Below, one piece after another: positions 1-7,580 of a stretch of DNA of 15,114 nucleotides. Both the position numbers and the translations under genes were made by a program. Location of the stretch: the NCBI GenBank assembly GCA_046757025.1, contig JBHHXN010000127.1, forward strand, positions 1-15,114, read 5' to 3'. How positions within the stretch are numbered: the stretch's first letter is position 1; each line of letters opens with the position of its first letter. Source of the stretch: a bacterium. GTDB taxonomy: Bacteria > Zhuqueibacterota > Zhuqueibacteria > Oceanimicrobiales > Oceanimicrobiaceae. A model generated the notes under the pieces. The model saw only the letters and a list, made by a program, of their open reading frames with translations, searched no databases and was not told the origin of the DNA.

Positions 1-15
1 ACTCCTCGCAATGAC
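1..15. repeat. 3' end of a REP-like intergenic repeat (…CTCCTCGCAATGAC type), truncated by the window edge
   Basis: actcctcgcaatgac matches the end of the widespread GATTGCTTCGTCGC…CTCCTCGCAATGAC palindromic repeat family; only 15 bp are visible. Confidence 0.4.
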
Positions 16-94
16 TGCACTGATAATAAGGAATCGCACTACTAGAAACGCCTCTTGTGCGGTCGCAACTAAAAAGTAAAATATCTTCAAGAAA

Positions 95-439
95 CTAAAT
101 CGCACACAATTTGGCACGATCGACGGTTCTCACTTTTTCAGCATCTTGCCGCACAGATTCCTCATCGGACAGCCACTCAGCGATAAATGGTAAAAGATCA
201 GAGACATACCGTTCATTCGTTGAAGGATTCAATCTATAATTGACCCATTTGCCGACTTTTTCATCCAGAATGAACTCCGCGTCTCTTAAAATTGACAGAT
301 GCTTGCTTACCGTGGAAGTGGCTAATTGCAAAACTTCGGCAATCTCGCAAACGCATAATGAACGAACTTCCAGCATCTTTAGAATTCGAATTCTGTTCGG
401 ATCCGACAAAGCTTTAAAAAGTTTGATCAGACTTCTCAT
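95..439 (-). CDS. arsR: ArsR/SmtB family metalloregulatory transcriptional repressor (As/Sb-sensing type)
   Basis: FKALSDPNRIRIL start, LCVCEI motif (ELCVCDL-type alpha3 site), STVSKHLSILRDAE HTH helix, GKWVNY wing, extra C-terminal Cys. Confidence 0.9.
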   Translation of the reverse strand: MRSLIKLFKALSDPNRIRILKMLEVRSLCVCEIAEVLQLATSTVSKHLSILRDAEFILDEKVGKWVNYRLNPSTNERYVSDLLPFIAEWLSDEESVRQDAEKVRTVDRAKLCAI

Positions 440-447
440 ATTTTGTC

Positions 448-467
448 ATTTCGTTATATGTCGAAAT
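448..467. promoter_or_regulatory. Probable ArsR operator (imperfect inverted repeat)
   Basis: ATTTCG-ttatatgt-CGAAAT lies 9 bp upstream of the arsR ATG and overlaps the predicted -10 box. Confidence 0.65.
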
Positions 468-493
468 ATAATAATTGATTGCTAAATTGTCAA
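465..493 (-). promoter_or_regulatory. sigma70-type promoter of arsR
   Basis: Minus strand: TTGACA (493-488), 17-bp spacer, TATATT (470-465). Confidence 0.7.
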
Positions 494-943
494 TCTAAAT
501 TAAAATAATTGAATAAAATCACCTGTAAAGCGATTTTATTTGAGCGGCGAAATTTCGTCGCAAGTCGCTGAAAATTCGCTCACAACCGCACGGATACGCC
601 TTATTTGCATCTCTGATATATTATCTAAGTTTATTAGAATCAGTCAACTAAATCCAGGTGAATATTTCAATAATTTCTGGCATGAAGTTTGAGGATATAA
701 TATCAAAAAATCACATATCCACAAAAAACGAACCTTTTAATAATTAAATTTTTATCTCATTTAACACATATAATTGATTATGATTCACGACTTTTGTATT
801 AATAGTAATATTTTATAAAACGTCTGTTGTTATGTACAGAACTTACGAAAAACCAATATTCTATTTTAATCGTTTTATCCAGGATTTAATTCAAGAAACC
901 AAAATTAATTTTATTATTTAAGTTAAAAATAGGAAAAATATAA

Positions 944-1963
944 ATGAAGCTCAAAATTATGGTAATGGGTGTCGGATTGCTTACGGTTTTAGTTTGCACA
1001 GTCTTTTCACAGGATAAATTCAGCGGTTACATGTTTGGTGACTACTATTATATGGCAAGCAATCACGATGCGGATCTGGAAGGGGCCAATGGATTCTGGC
1101 TGCGTCGAATCTATTTCACTTATGACAGAGGGCTCAGCGACCAGTTTTCTATCCGCATGCGTTTTGAAATGAACACGGCCGGAGATTTTTCCAGCAAAAG
1201 CAAGATGTCACCCGTTATTAAAGATGCTTACTTAAAATGGAAGAAAAATCAACATAGCATCCTTTTTGGAATTTCTCCCACTCCGACCTGGGATGTGATA
1301 GAAAAATTCTGGGGATACCGCTCCGTTGAAAAAACCGCGCTCGATTTACAAAAATTCGGTTCTTCCAGAGATTTTGGTCTATCCTTTAAAGGCACGCTCG
1401 ATTCTGAAAAAAGAGTCGAATACCATTTGATGGTCGCCAACGGCAATAGCAACAGTTCCGAAAACAATGAGGGCAAAAAAATCTTGTTCGCCCTGACCGG
1501 CAAATTTAAAAATGGCGTACTCATTCAAGGTTATGCTGATTTTGATGAACGGCCCGGCGAAACAAACCGTTATACCTTGCAAGGATTTGCCGCAATCCAG
1601 AAAGAAAACTTCAGAGTGGGGGTGCAATTCGCGCATCAGAATCGTCAGGTTGCTGGGGGCAATGACCAGAAACTGCAGATCGGATCGGTTTTCGGCGCTG
1701 CTAAACTTTCAGACAAAGTCTGGGGGTTCGCCAGAATCGATCGCACATTTGATCCGAATCCAGATGGCAATAAAATATCTTACATTCCGTTTGACAAAAC
1801 CGCCAAATCCAATTTCATCGTAGCCGGCATTGATTTTCTACCGGCCAAAAACGTACACCTAATTCCCAACATCGAAGCGGTGCTTTACAGTGACAACGAT
1901 GCTGGGACCAGTCCGGACACAGACGTCATACCTCGATTCACGTTATATTTTTCCTGGAAATAA
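944..1963 (+). CDS. Outer-membrane beta-barrel porin, OprO/OprP (anion/phosphate-selective)-like
   Basis: Sec signal peptide, F.LRR.Y and KDAYL.W motifs, SRD.G and NG.. motifs typical of this porin group, amphipathic beta strands, aromatic C-terminus (TLYFSWK), AGGA RBS. Confidence 0.7.
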   Translation: MKLKIMVMGVGLLTVLVCTVFSQDKFSGYMFGDYYYMASNHDADLEGANGFWLRRIYFTYDRGLSDQFSIRMRFEMNTAGDFSSKSKMSPVIKDAYLKWKKNQHSILFGISPTPTWDVIEKFWGYRSVEKTALDLQKFGSSRDFGLSFKGTLDSEKRVEYHLMVANGNSNSSENNEGKKILFALTGKFKNGVLIQGYADFDERPGETNRYTLQGFAAIQKENFRVGVQFAHQNRQVAGGNDQKLQIGSVFGAAKLSDKVWGFARIDRTFDPNPDGNKISYIPFDKTAKSNFIVAGIDFLPAKNVHLIPNIEAVLYSDNDAGTSPDTDVIPRFTLYFSWK

Positions 1964-1988
1964 AAAGAGGAGGAAACAGAGGAAACAA

Positions 1989-2768
1989 ATGGATAACAGA
2001 ACAAGAAGCAGGAGACAATTCCTCAAAGCAGGAGCTACCGCCGCTGGTGCGGTTGTGGCCGTAGCCGGTTCCAGAGTTGGGGTTGCCGCTCCCACCAGCA
2101 ACCGACCGCGCTGGGGCTTCCTGATCGATCTCGATCGCTGCATTGGCTGTAAAGCTTGCGCTGTCGCTTGTAAGACAGAATCCGAAGTGCCTCTTGGGGT
2201 ATTTTGATCAAGTGTGAAAGAGCTGGACCACGGCAAATAAACAAACACGAAACGGAGTTTTGTTCCCAGGCTTTGTAATCACTGCAAGAATCCCGTGTGC
2301 CTGGAAGTTTGCCCGGTAGATGAAATGGAAGCAAAATTCGTCTGGTCGGATGGCACCGTGGAGAAATACACGAAACGCGCAACCTATCAACGACCAGATG
2401 GGGTGGTTCTGGTTGACCAGGAACGTTGCATCGTTTTTGGTGCCTGTGTTGACGAGTGTCCTTACGTCGTGCGTTTTCTCAATCCCGCAAAGCAGACCGT
2501 TTCTGAAGACGCCGTCGGAGATAATCCGGCCGACAAGTGCGATCTCTGTGTTCATCGTTTGGATGCTGGACTGGTACCAGCCTGTGTGAACACCTGTCAA
2601 GCGCAAGCTAGGGTTATTGGAGATTTGAATGACCCAGATAGTGAAATATCAAAAATAATCACATCGAGGAAGGTAGCTGTTCGACTCCCTGAAAAAGGCA
2701 CGGATCCTCAATGCCGTTATGTATCTCTAAATCCAGCAACTTACATAAAAGGGAGGGACACACGATGA
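1989..2768 (+). pseudogene. Tat-exported 4x[4Fe-4S] electron-transfer subunit (TtrB/NrfC/SrdB-like) of a molybdoenzyme complex, inactivated
   Basis: One continuous frame from ATG 1989 (GAGG RBS). It contains the SRRQFLK Tat motif, IDLDRCIGCKACAVAC, PRLCNHCKNPVCLEVCP, CIVFGACVDECPY (one Cys lost) and ADKCDLCVHRLDAGLVPACVNTC. In-frame TGA at 2205-2207 and TAA at 2238-2240. Confidence 0.88.
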
Positions 2769-2830
2769 AAGATAAAATGAAATTAGGAAGACGTGATTTC
2801 TTGAAATCTATGGGGTTGACAGGAGCTGCC

Positions 2831-2983
2831 TACGGTTATCCAGTTAGCTCCGCATGAGGAGATACCTGCATTCGCAGGTATGACAACCGAATCTGTCACT
2901 CCTGTGAATACAGGAGTCTCCGACGAAACTGCTCTAGTATTTCTCGGATAGAATGTATTTGCTGAGCTAACTGGATAACCGGA
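2831..2983. mobile_element. 153-bp non-autonomous MITE
   Basis: TIRs TACGGTTATCCAGTTAGCTCCGCA (2831-2854) and reverse complement of 2960-2983 (22/24 identical). Flanked by the 9-bp direct repeat GGAGCTGCC (2822-2830, 2984-2992). No transposase. Confidence 0.92.
2858..2921. repeat. Inverted doublet of REP-like hairpins (GTCATTCCCGCGAA.GCGGGAATC-type) inside the MITE
   Basis: GGAGA-TACCTGC-attc-GCAGGTA-TGACA (2858-2885) and inverted TGTCA-CTCCTGT-gaat-ACAGGAG-TCTCC (2894-2921); both have perfect 7-bp stems. Confidence 0.75.
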
Positions 2984-3276
2984 GGAGCTGCCGCGACCGG
3001 TTCCGGTCTGCTGGCGATGGAAAAAGTCTTTGGTTCCGCTTTGAAAGGCAAAGTGCTGCCAGTCGTGCAAACCCTGTTCCTGAAAAATTCAGGTATTTAG
3101 ATTTTGTAAGGTGTTGAATTGTTAAATACCATCTGCTCGCTTTCCCCCTAAAAGACGCGGCAGAAATAACAAAGAATGATTTTCATTCAATCCTCTTAAA
3201 TGGAATCGGTAACACCTGAATTATCTCCACTGACAATGCTACCAATTCAATCTCGATCATTTTTTATTGCGAGCGC

Positions 3277-3305
3277 TTGACAAATATTTTTAGTATGCGT
3301 ATTAT
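3277..3305 (+). promoter_or_regulatory. sigma70-type promoter upstream of the MBL-fold gene
   Basis: TTGACA (3277-3282), 17 bp, TATTAT (3300-3305). Confidence 0.65.
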
Positions 3306-3350
3306 TCATTCGACAAATCTTTTTTTAAAAAAATAGTAATGGAGGGGCCA

Positions 3351-4076
3351 ATGAATCCATTTCTAAAAATATTTTTAGCAGCTATTCTATTCATACCAGG
3401 GTCAGCCCTTGCACAAAATCAGGGAAAAAGCAATGATACAATCTCCTTTAAGCCGATCAACCATGCTACATTCGTAATCACCACCAAAAAACTCACGATT
3501 TTTGTTGATCCCGTCGGCGAGGCAAAGCAATATGAAAAATTTTCTTCACCTGATATGATACTTATCACGGATGTACACCGCGACCACCTGGCGCCAGACC
3601 TGGTCAATTCACTAAAAACCCAAAAAACGGTTGTCATCGGTCCCAAAGCGGTGGTTGACCGATTAAAACACGGCGAGGTACTCCAAAATGGCGAATCGAA
3701 ATCTTTCAACAACGTAAAGGTGGAAGCGGTGCCCATGTACAATTTAACAGAGGGGAGACTAAAATTTCATGAAAAAGGCCGCGGCAATGGCTATGTCGTG
3801 ACCCTAAAAGATAAAAGAATCTACATTTCAGGAGATACGGAAGACATCAAAGAAATGAGAGCTCTCAAAAACATCGATTATGCTTTTGTGTGCATGAACC
3901 TGCCCTACACCATGACCGTGGAACAGGCGGCATCGGCGGTGTTGGAATTCCAACCGAAAACGGTTTTCCCGTACCACTACCGCGGTACCAGCGGCATGAG
4001 CGATGTTGAAAAATTCAAAAGCCTGGTTAGCAAGAATAAAAAAATTAACGTGAAATTATTGGATTGGTACGAGTAA
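3351..4076 (+). CDS. Secreted MBL-fold metallo-hydrolase (Lactamase_B_3/UlaG-like)
   Basis: GGAGG RBS before ATG 3351 (alternative ATG 3339), signal peptide ending SALA-Q, HATF, IFVDP, ITDVHRDH, H..GRGNGYV, YISGDT, PYHY motifs. Confidence 0.88.
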   Translation: MNPFLKIFLAAILFIPGSALAQNQGKSNDTISFKPINHATFVITTKKLTIFVDPVGEAKQYEKFSSPDMILITDVHRDHLAPDLVNSLKTQKTVVIGPKAVVDRLKHGEVLQNGESKSFNNVKVEAVPMYNLTEGRLKFHEKGRGNGYVVTLKDKRIYISGDTEDIKEMRALKNIDYAFVCMNLPYTMTVEQAASAVLEFQPKTVFPYHYRGTSGMSDVEKFKSLVSKNKKINVKLLDWYE

Positions 4077-4130
4077 TTCCATAACTCAAATTACAATCCT
4101 GTTGGAATAAAAATCATTGCAGGTAGCTAT

Positions 4131-4172
4131 GGGGGGGGAGTATAGGGTATAGGGTATAGGGTATAGGGTATA
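4131..4172 (+). repeat. G8 tract plus heptamer tandem repeat (TATAGGG)4 TATA
   Basis: Read directly: gggggggg ag tataggg tataggg tataggg tataggg tata, followed by degenerate heptamers. Confidence 0.9.
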
Positions 4173-4333
4173 AGGAAATATGGCATAGAGCGTAGTATAA
4201 TTCAACATTCAAACACGAATGACTCGTCCTCTATTCGGCTATCCACCTCTTCCATCCTGTCCACCAAATTTTTGGAGAGGATTGACAGCATGATAAAAAT
4301 AGAGGTAACTTTCCGGAAAAGACTACAAACAAC

Positions 4334-4978
4334 ATGCCTGACTATTTGGACATAGAGAGTTGGAAAAGACGCGATCAGTTTTATTTTTTCAAAGAATACG
4401 ACCATCCATTTTTCAACATTTGTGCGAATGTGGATGTCAGCCGCTTGCATCGCTTTGTTAAAGATCAAAACACCTCATTTTTCAAGGCCTCGCTGTTTTT
4501 GTCTTTGAAGTCGACAAACAACGTTGAACCATTTCGCTATCGACTTAAAAACGACGAGGTAGTAATTTACGAAACCATTCATGCCGGTTCAACCGTTCTC
4601 AATGACGATGAGACGTTTAGTTTTTGTTATTTCGATTATTTTGAAAGCTACCGGCAGTTCGAGCAAAATGCCGCAAATGTCTTAATCGCCCACCGGCAAA
4701 AGGCCACAAAACTGCATCCACAGGAGGACCGGGACGACCTCATACACTATTCCATGATTCCCTGGATTTCATTTAGCAGCTTTGCGCATGCTCGCCGGTT
4801 CCATACTCAGGATTCCATTCCCAAAATGGTCTTTGGCAAATTTCATGAAATGAATGGTAAGCTGAAAATGCCGGTGTCTGTGGAAGTCCACCATGCTCTG
4901 ATGGATGGCATTCACGTGGCAAAATTTTTCGATAACTTTCAGAAATTGCTAAATGATCCCGAAAACTCTTTAGTTTAG
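4334..4978 (+). CDS. cat: Type A chloramphenicol acetyltransferase-like (CatA-like O-acetyltransferase)
   Basis: W.RRDQF.FF N-terminus, S.IPWISFSS, P.MVFGKF, MPVSVEVHHALMDG.H catalytic motif; 214 aa. Confidence 0.88.
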   Translation: MPDYLDIESWKRRDQFYFFKEYDHPFFNICANVDVSRLHRFVKDQNTSFFKASLFLSLKSTNNVEPFRYRLKNDEVVIYETIHAGSTVLNDDETFSFCYFDYFESYRQFEQNAANVLIAHRQKATKLHPQEDRDDLIHYSMIPWISFSSFAHARRFHTQDSIPKMVFGKFHEMNGKLKMPVSVEVHHALMDGIHVAKFFDNFQKLLNDPENSLV

Positions 4979-5119
4979 TTTTCACTTTGAGCTCAAAGCA
5001 AATTTGTATCATGCATTACACATTAAATCTTAATTTTCCGCTTGTTATACAAAATAAAATCAAAATCACTTAAAATCAATTTAGAATGATCTTTACACTT
5101 TAGATAAAGGAGTCTCACC

Positions 5120-5509
5120 ATGAGCGATGCAAACAACCAGGAAGTTGGAATGATAACCTGGACTGACCTGACCGTGGAAAACGCCGAGGAAATCAAAGAA
5201 TTTTACCGGCAGGTGGTGGGCTGGAAATCCGATTCCGTGGACATGGGCGGTTATCATGATTTTAACATGAATGCCCCGGCAAGTGGCCAAACCGTGGCCG
5301 GCATCTGTCATGCACGCGGCGGAAACGCCGAGCTGCCCGCTCAGTGGTTGATCTACATCACCGTCCAAAACGTGCAAAAGAGCGCAGACAATTGTGTCAC
5401 GCTTGGGGGAAAAATTTTGAGCGGACCTAAAAGCATACCCGGACACGGCAGCTATTGTGTGATTCAGGATCCCGCTGGTGCCGTAGCAGCCCTTTTCGAA
5501 CCTGAGTGA
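5120..5509 (+). CDS. VOC (glyoxalase/bleomycin-resistance) family protein
   Basis: W.DLTV.NAEEIKEFY..VVGW, WLIYITV, GGKIL.GP, CVIQDPAGA..AL motifs; AAGGAG RBS. Confidence 0.9.
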   Translation: MSDANNQEVGMITWTDLTVENAEEIKEFYRQVVGWKSDSVDMGGYHDFNMNAPASGQTVAGICHARGGNAELPAQWLIYITVQNVQKSADNCVTLGGKILSGPKSIPGHGSYCVIQDPAGAVAALFEPE

Positions 5510-5525
5510 AATTAGGCTACCTTCC

Positions 5526-7532
5526 ATGGTCGAAAAGGCAAACCACTTCTGTACGGGAATTCTGTACAGTATCTTTTTTCTGTTTTTTTTACAATTGCTT
5601 TCCGACTTTATCGAAGCAATTTATGCCTTTGGTCTGTTAGCCACCAGCTTAACCGTGGAAGTGGCTAGCTTGCTGTTCCTTTTTTCTCCGGCCATTTTGC
5701 TGTTGCGCAAAACCCCTCTTGGTAACAGGCCACTTTTGCTCATTGGATATTTGATTCTCGTATGCCGGGTTGTGGAACCGTTGCTGAATACGCGCTGGAA
5801 AATGTTAGTGGCGGGTCTGGGTGTAGCTGGCTTTTTAATATTTTTTCCTTCTCTTCTTCGGAATCAGCCGAAATCTTCTGCTGAAACCCGGGCACAAATT
5901 GCAGGCGCGGGCCTGATCCTGGCGTCAGGAATGTCCATTTTATTTCGAAGCGCTGGCTCCGGTTTAGACTATTCTACCTTTCACTGGCATCAAATTATCG
6001 GATGGCTACTGGCAATCACCGCGGCTATTTTACTGTTTGCAGAAATGTCAACCAGGCGAGGCTGCGACGTGCAGGCATCTGAGAAAAACGGCCAGCAAAC
6101 CGCAGGCGCTTCCTTAAAAAAAGTCCTGCCGCTTTGCCTGGGAATCATCAGCGTATTCAGTTTGTTCTATTTCGCCTATGCCGCGCCCAATGTCATGAGC
6201 CGATGGACCGGCGTTGACCTGGCCGTCATCGTATCGATAATGATGTTCGCGATCGTTGTTTTCAGTTATTTTCTAATTGAAGGAGACAAAGCGGCCACAC
6301 TCTTGAACCCGAAAACGGTCTTACTCTGGAATGTTTTATTTGTCATTTCATTGACAGCGACGCTTTTCATGCATCAACTAAATTTCCCACATGATGCAGG
6401 CGAATTTCCAATTTATACGCCTCCGATTTCTCTGTACAAACATATCCCGCTCATAACCACGCTGCTCCTCTTTCCCATTCTCGTGATCGACTTTATGCTT
6501 TTCGTGCGCCAGTTGACTATCCTGCAACCTCCACCTCGTCTTGTGGCTGGCGGTTTTTTGGTGAGCACTTGCTATTTATTTCTATTAATACTGGGGCACA
6601 TTTTTACCACGGTTTACGATTACATTCCTGTGGTGGGACCCTTATTTCGAGATAAATTCTGGCTGGTATTTTTAACGCCCGGACTGACTCTGCTCTTGCC
6701 TCTCTTTTGGCTGAAAAATGATTTGTTTGCAGGAGGGCGTGCTGCAAACCGAGCACCTCTACCGCGAGCGTGGCTTGGAACTATTGTGCTTCTTAGTCTC
6801 CTGACAATACTGGCCATCTTTTTGACCAGAGCCAGGCCTGTTCTCCCCGTAAAAAACAAAACCGCTCTAAGAATATTAACTTTCAATGTTCAGCAAGGGT
6901 ATGACCAAAATGGCCAAAAAAATTGTGATGGACAGCTCAGATTGATTCAGAAAATCGATCCCGACGTCATTGGATTACAGGAAACCGACAGCAACCGCAT
7001 CGCGGGCGGAAACTCCGATCTGGTTCGTTATTTTACTGATCGCTTGAACCTTTATTCATATTATGGCCCCAAAACCGTAACAGGAACTTTTGGCATCGCC
7101 CTGCTATCCAAATATCCAATCGAGAATCCGCGCACTTTTTTTATGCACAGTGTCGGTGAGCAAACCGCGACTATCACAGCGACCATTTCTGTGCAGGGCA
7201 AACCCTTCAGCGTATTCGTCACGCATCTCGGCAATCAGGGGCCCATGGTACAACAACAGGCAATTTTAAAAGAAGTCAAAGGGAAGCGGCATCTCATTCT
7301 CATGGGAGATTTTAATTTTAAACCGGCTTCAGAGCAATACGTTGCGACGACTCAAAATTTACGCGATGCTCTGTTACAGAAATGGCCGCAAAGTCTGGAC
7401 AAGACTTCACGTCATGCCGAAGAGCGTATCGATCACATTTTTGTGATGCCAGATATTGAGGTGATGGATACGCGTTACATTTTGAACTCGGAGTCCGATC
7501 ATCCGGCGGTGGTTGCGGAGATTAAATTGTAA
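5526..7532 (+). CDS. Polytopic membrane protein with C-terminal endonuclease/exonuclease/phosphatase (EEP) domain, Cwh43/PGAP2IP-like
   Basis: About a dozen hydrophobic helices in the first ~435 aa, then LRILTFNV, PDVIGLQE, GIALLSKYPI, THL, ILMGDFN, RIDHIF, SDH EEP motifs. Confidence 0.82.
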   Translation: MVEKANHFCTGILYSIFFLFFLQLLSDFIEAIYAFGLLATSLTVEVASLLFLFSPAILLLRKTPLGNRPLLLIGYLILVCRVVEPLLNTRWKMLVAGLGVAGFLIFFPSLLRNQPKSSAETRAQIAGAGLILASGMSILFRSAGSGLDYSTFHWHQIIGWLLAITAAILLFAEMSTRRGCDVQASEKNGQQTAGASLKKVLPLCLGIISVFSLFYFAYAAPNVMSRWTGVDLAVIVSIMMFAIVVFSYFLIEGDKAATLLNPKTVLLWNVLFVISLTATLFMHQLNFPHDAGEFPIYTPPISLYKHIPLITTLLLFPILVIDFMLFVRQLTILQPPPRLVAGGFLVSTCYLFLLILGHIFTTVYDYIPVVGPLFRDKFWLVFLTPGLTLLLPLFWLKNDLFAGGRAANRAPLPRAWLGTIVLLSLLTILAIFLTRARPVLPVKNKTALRILTFNVQQGYDQNGQKNCDGQLRLIQKIDPDVIGLQETDSNRIAGGNSDLVRYFTDRLNLYSYYGPKTVTGTFGIALLSKYPIENPRTFFMHSVGEQTATITATISVQGKPFSVFVTHLGNQGPMVQQQAILKEVKGKRHLILMGDFNFKPASEQYVATTQNLRDALLQKWPQSLDKTSRHAEERIDHIFVMPDIEVMDTRYILNSESDHPAVVAEIKL

Positions 7533-7580
7533 GCGATTTTGCTTAGTACACGCGCTATCATGTTGATTTTTGAGAGAGTG

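Larger units (their letters stand above)
2765..3100 (+). pseudogene. N-terminal remnant of a second Tat-exported protein (probably the catalytic molybdopterin subunit), interrupted by a MITE and truncated
   Basis: ATGA overlap with the upstream stop. Removing 2831-2992 restores MKDKMKLGRRDFLKSMGLTGAAATGSGLLAMEKVFGSALKGKVLPVVQTLFLKNSGI*, which has a GRRDFLK Tat motif plus h-region. No catalytic domain follows. Confidence 0.72.

Noticed and set aside
541..582. GC-rich imperfect palindrome (GCGGCGAAATTTCGTCGC) in the arsR-porin intergenic region
   Set aside because: Single short hairpin with no U-tract and no recognisable family; function cannot be supported
755..800. Pho-box-like TTAACA upstream of the OprO/P-like porin
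   Set aside because: No second repeat at 11-bp spacing; the region is very AT-rich
2205..2207. In-frame TGA in the Fe-S gene as selenocysteine or an alternative genetic code
   Set aside because: It aligns with the Arg of G.FR, not a Cys; a TAA follows 11 codons later; a cluster Cys is also lost; other genes here use TGA as a normal stop
1890..2768. ORF-track entries 1890..2207 and 2295..2768 as two separate genes
   Set aside because: They are the two halves of one reading frame starting at ATG 1989
2783..3070. 95-aa minus-strand ORF
   Set aside because: It runs antisense across the MITE; VIPANAGIS is simply the translation of the REP-like hairpin
3086..3222. Possible second MITE (AATTCAGGTATT … AACACCTGAATT inverted pair) at the point where the Tat remnant ends
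   Set aside because: Only an 11/12-bp match in AT-rich DNA and no target-site duplication
4141..4172. CRISPR array
   Set aside because: 7-bp tandem units without spacers, and no cas genes
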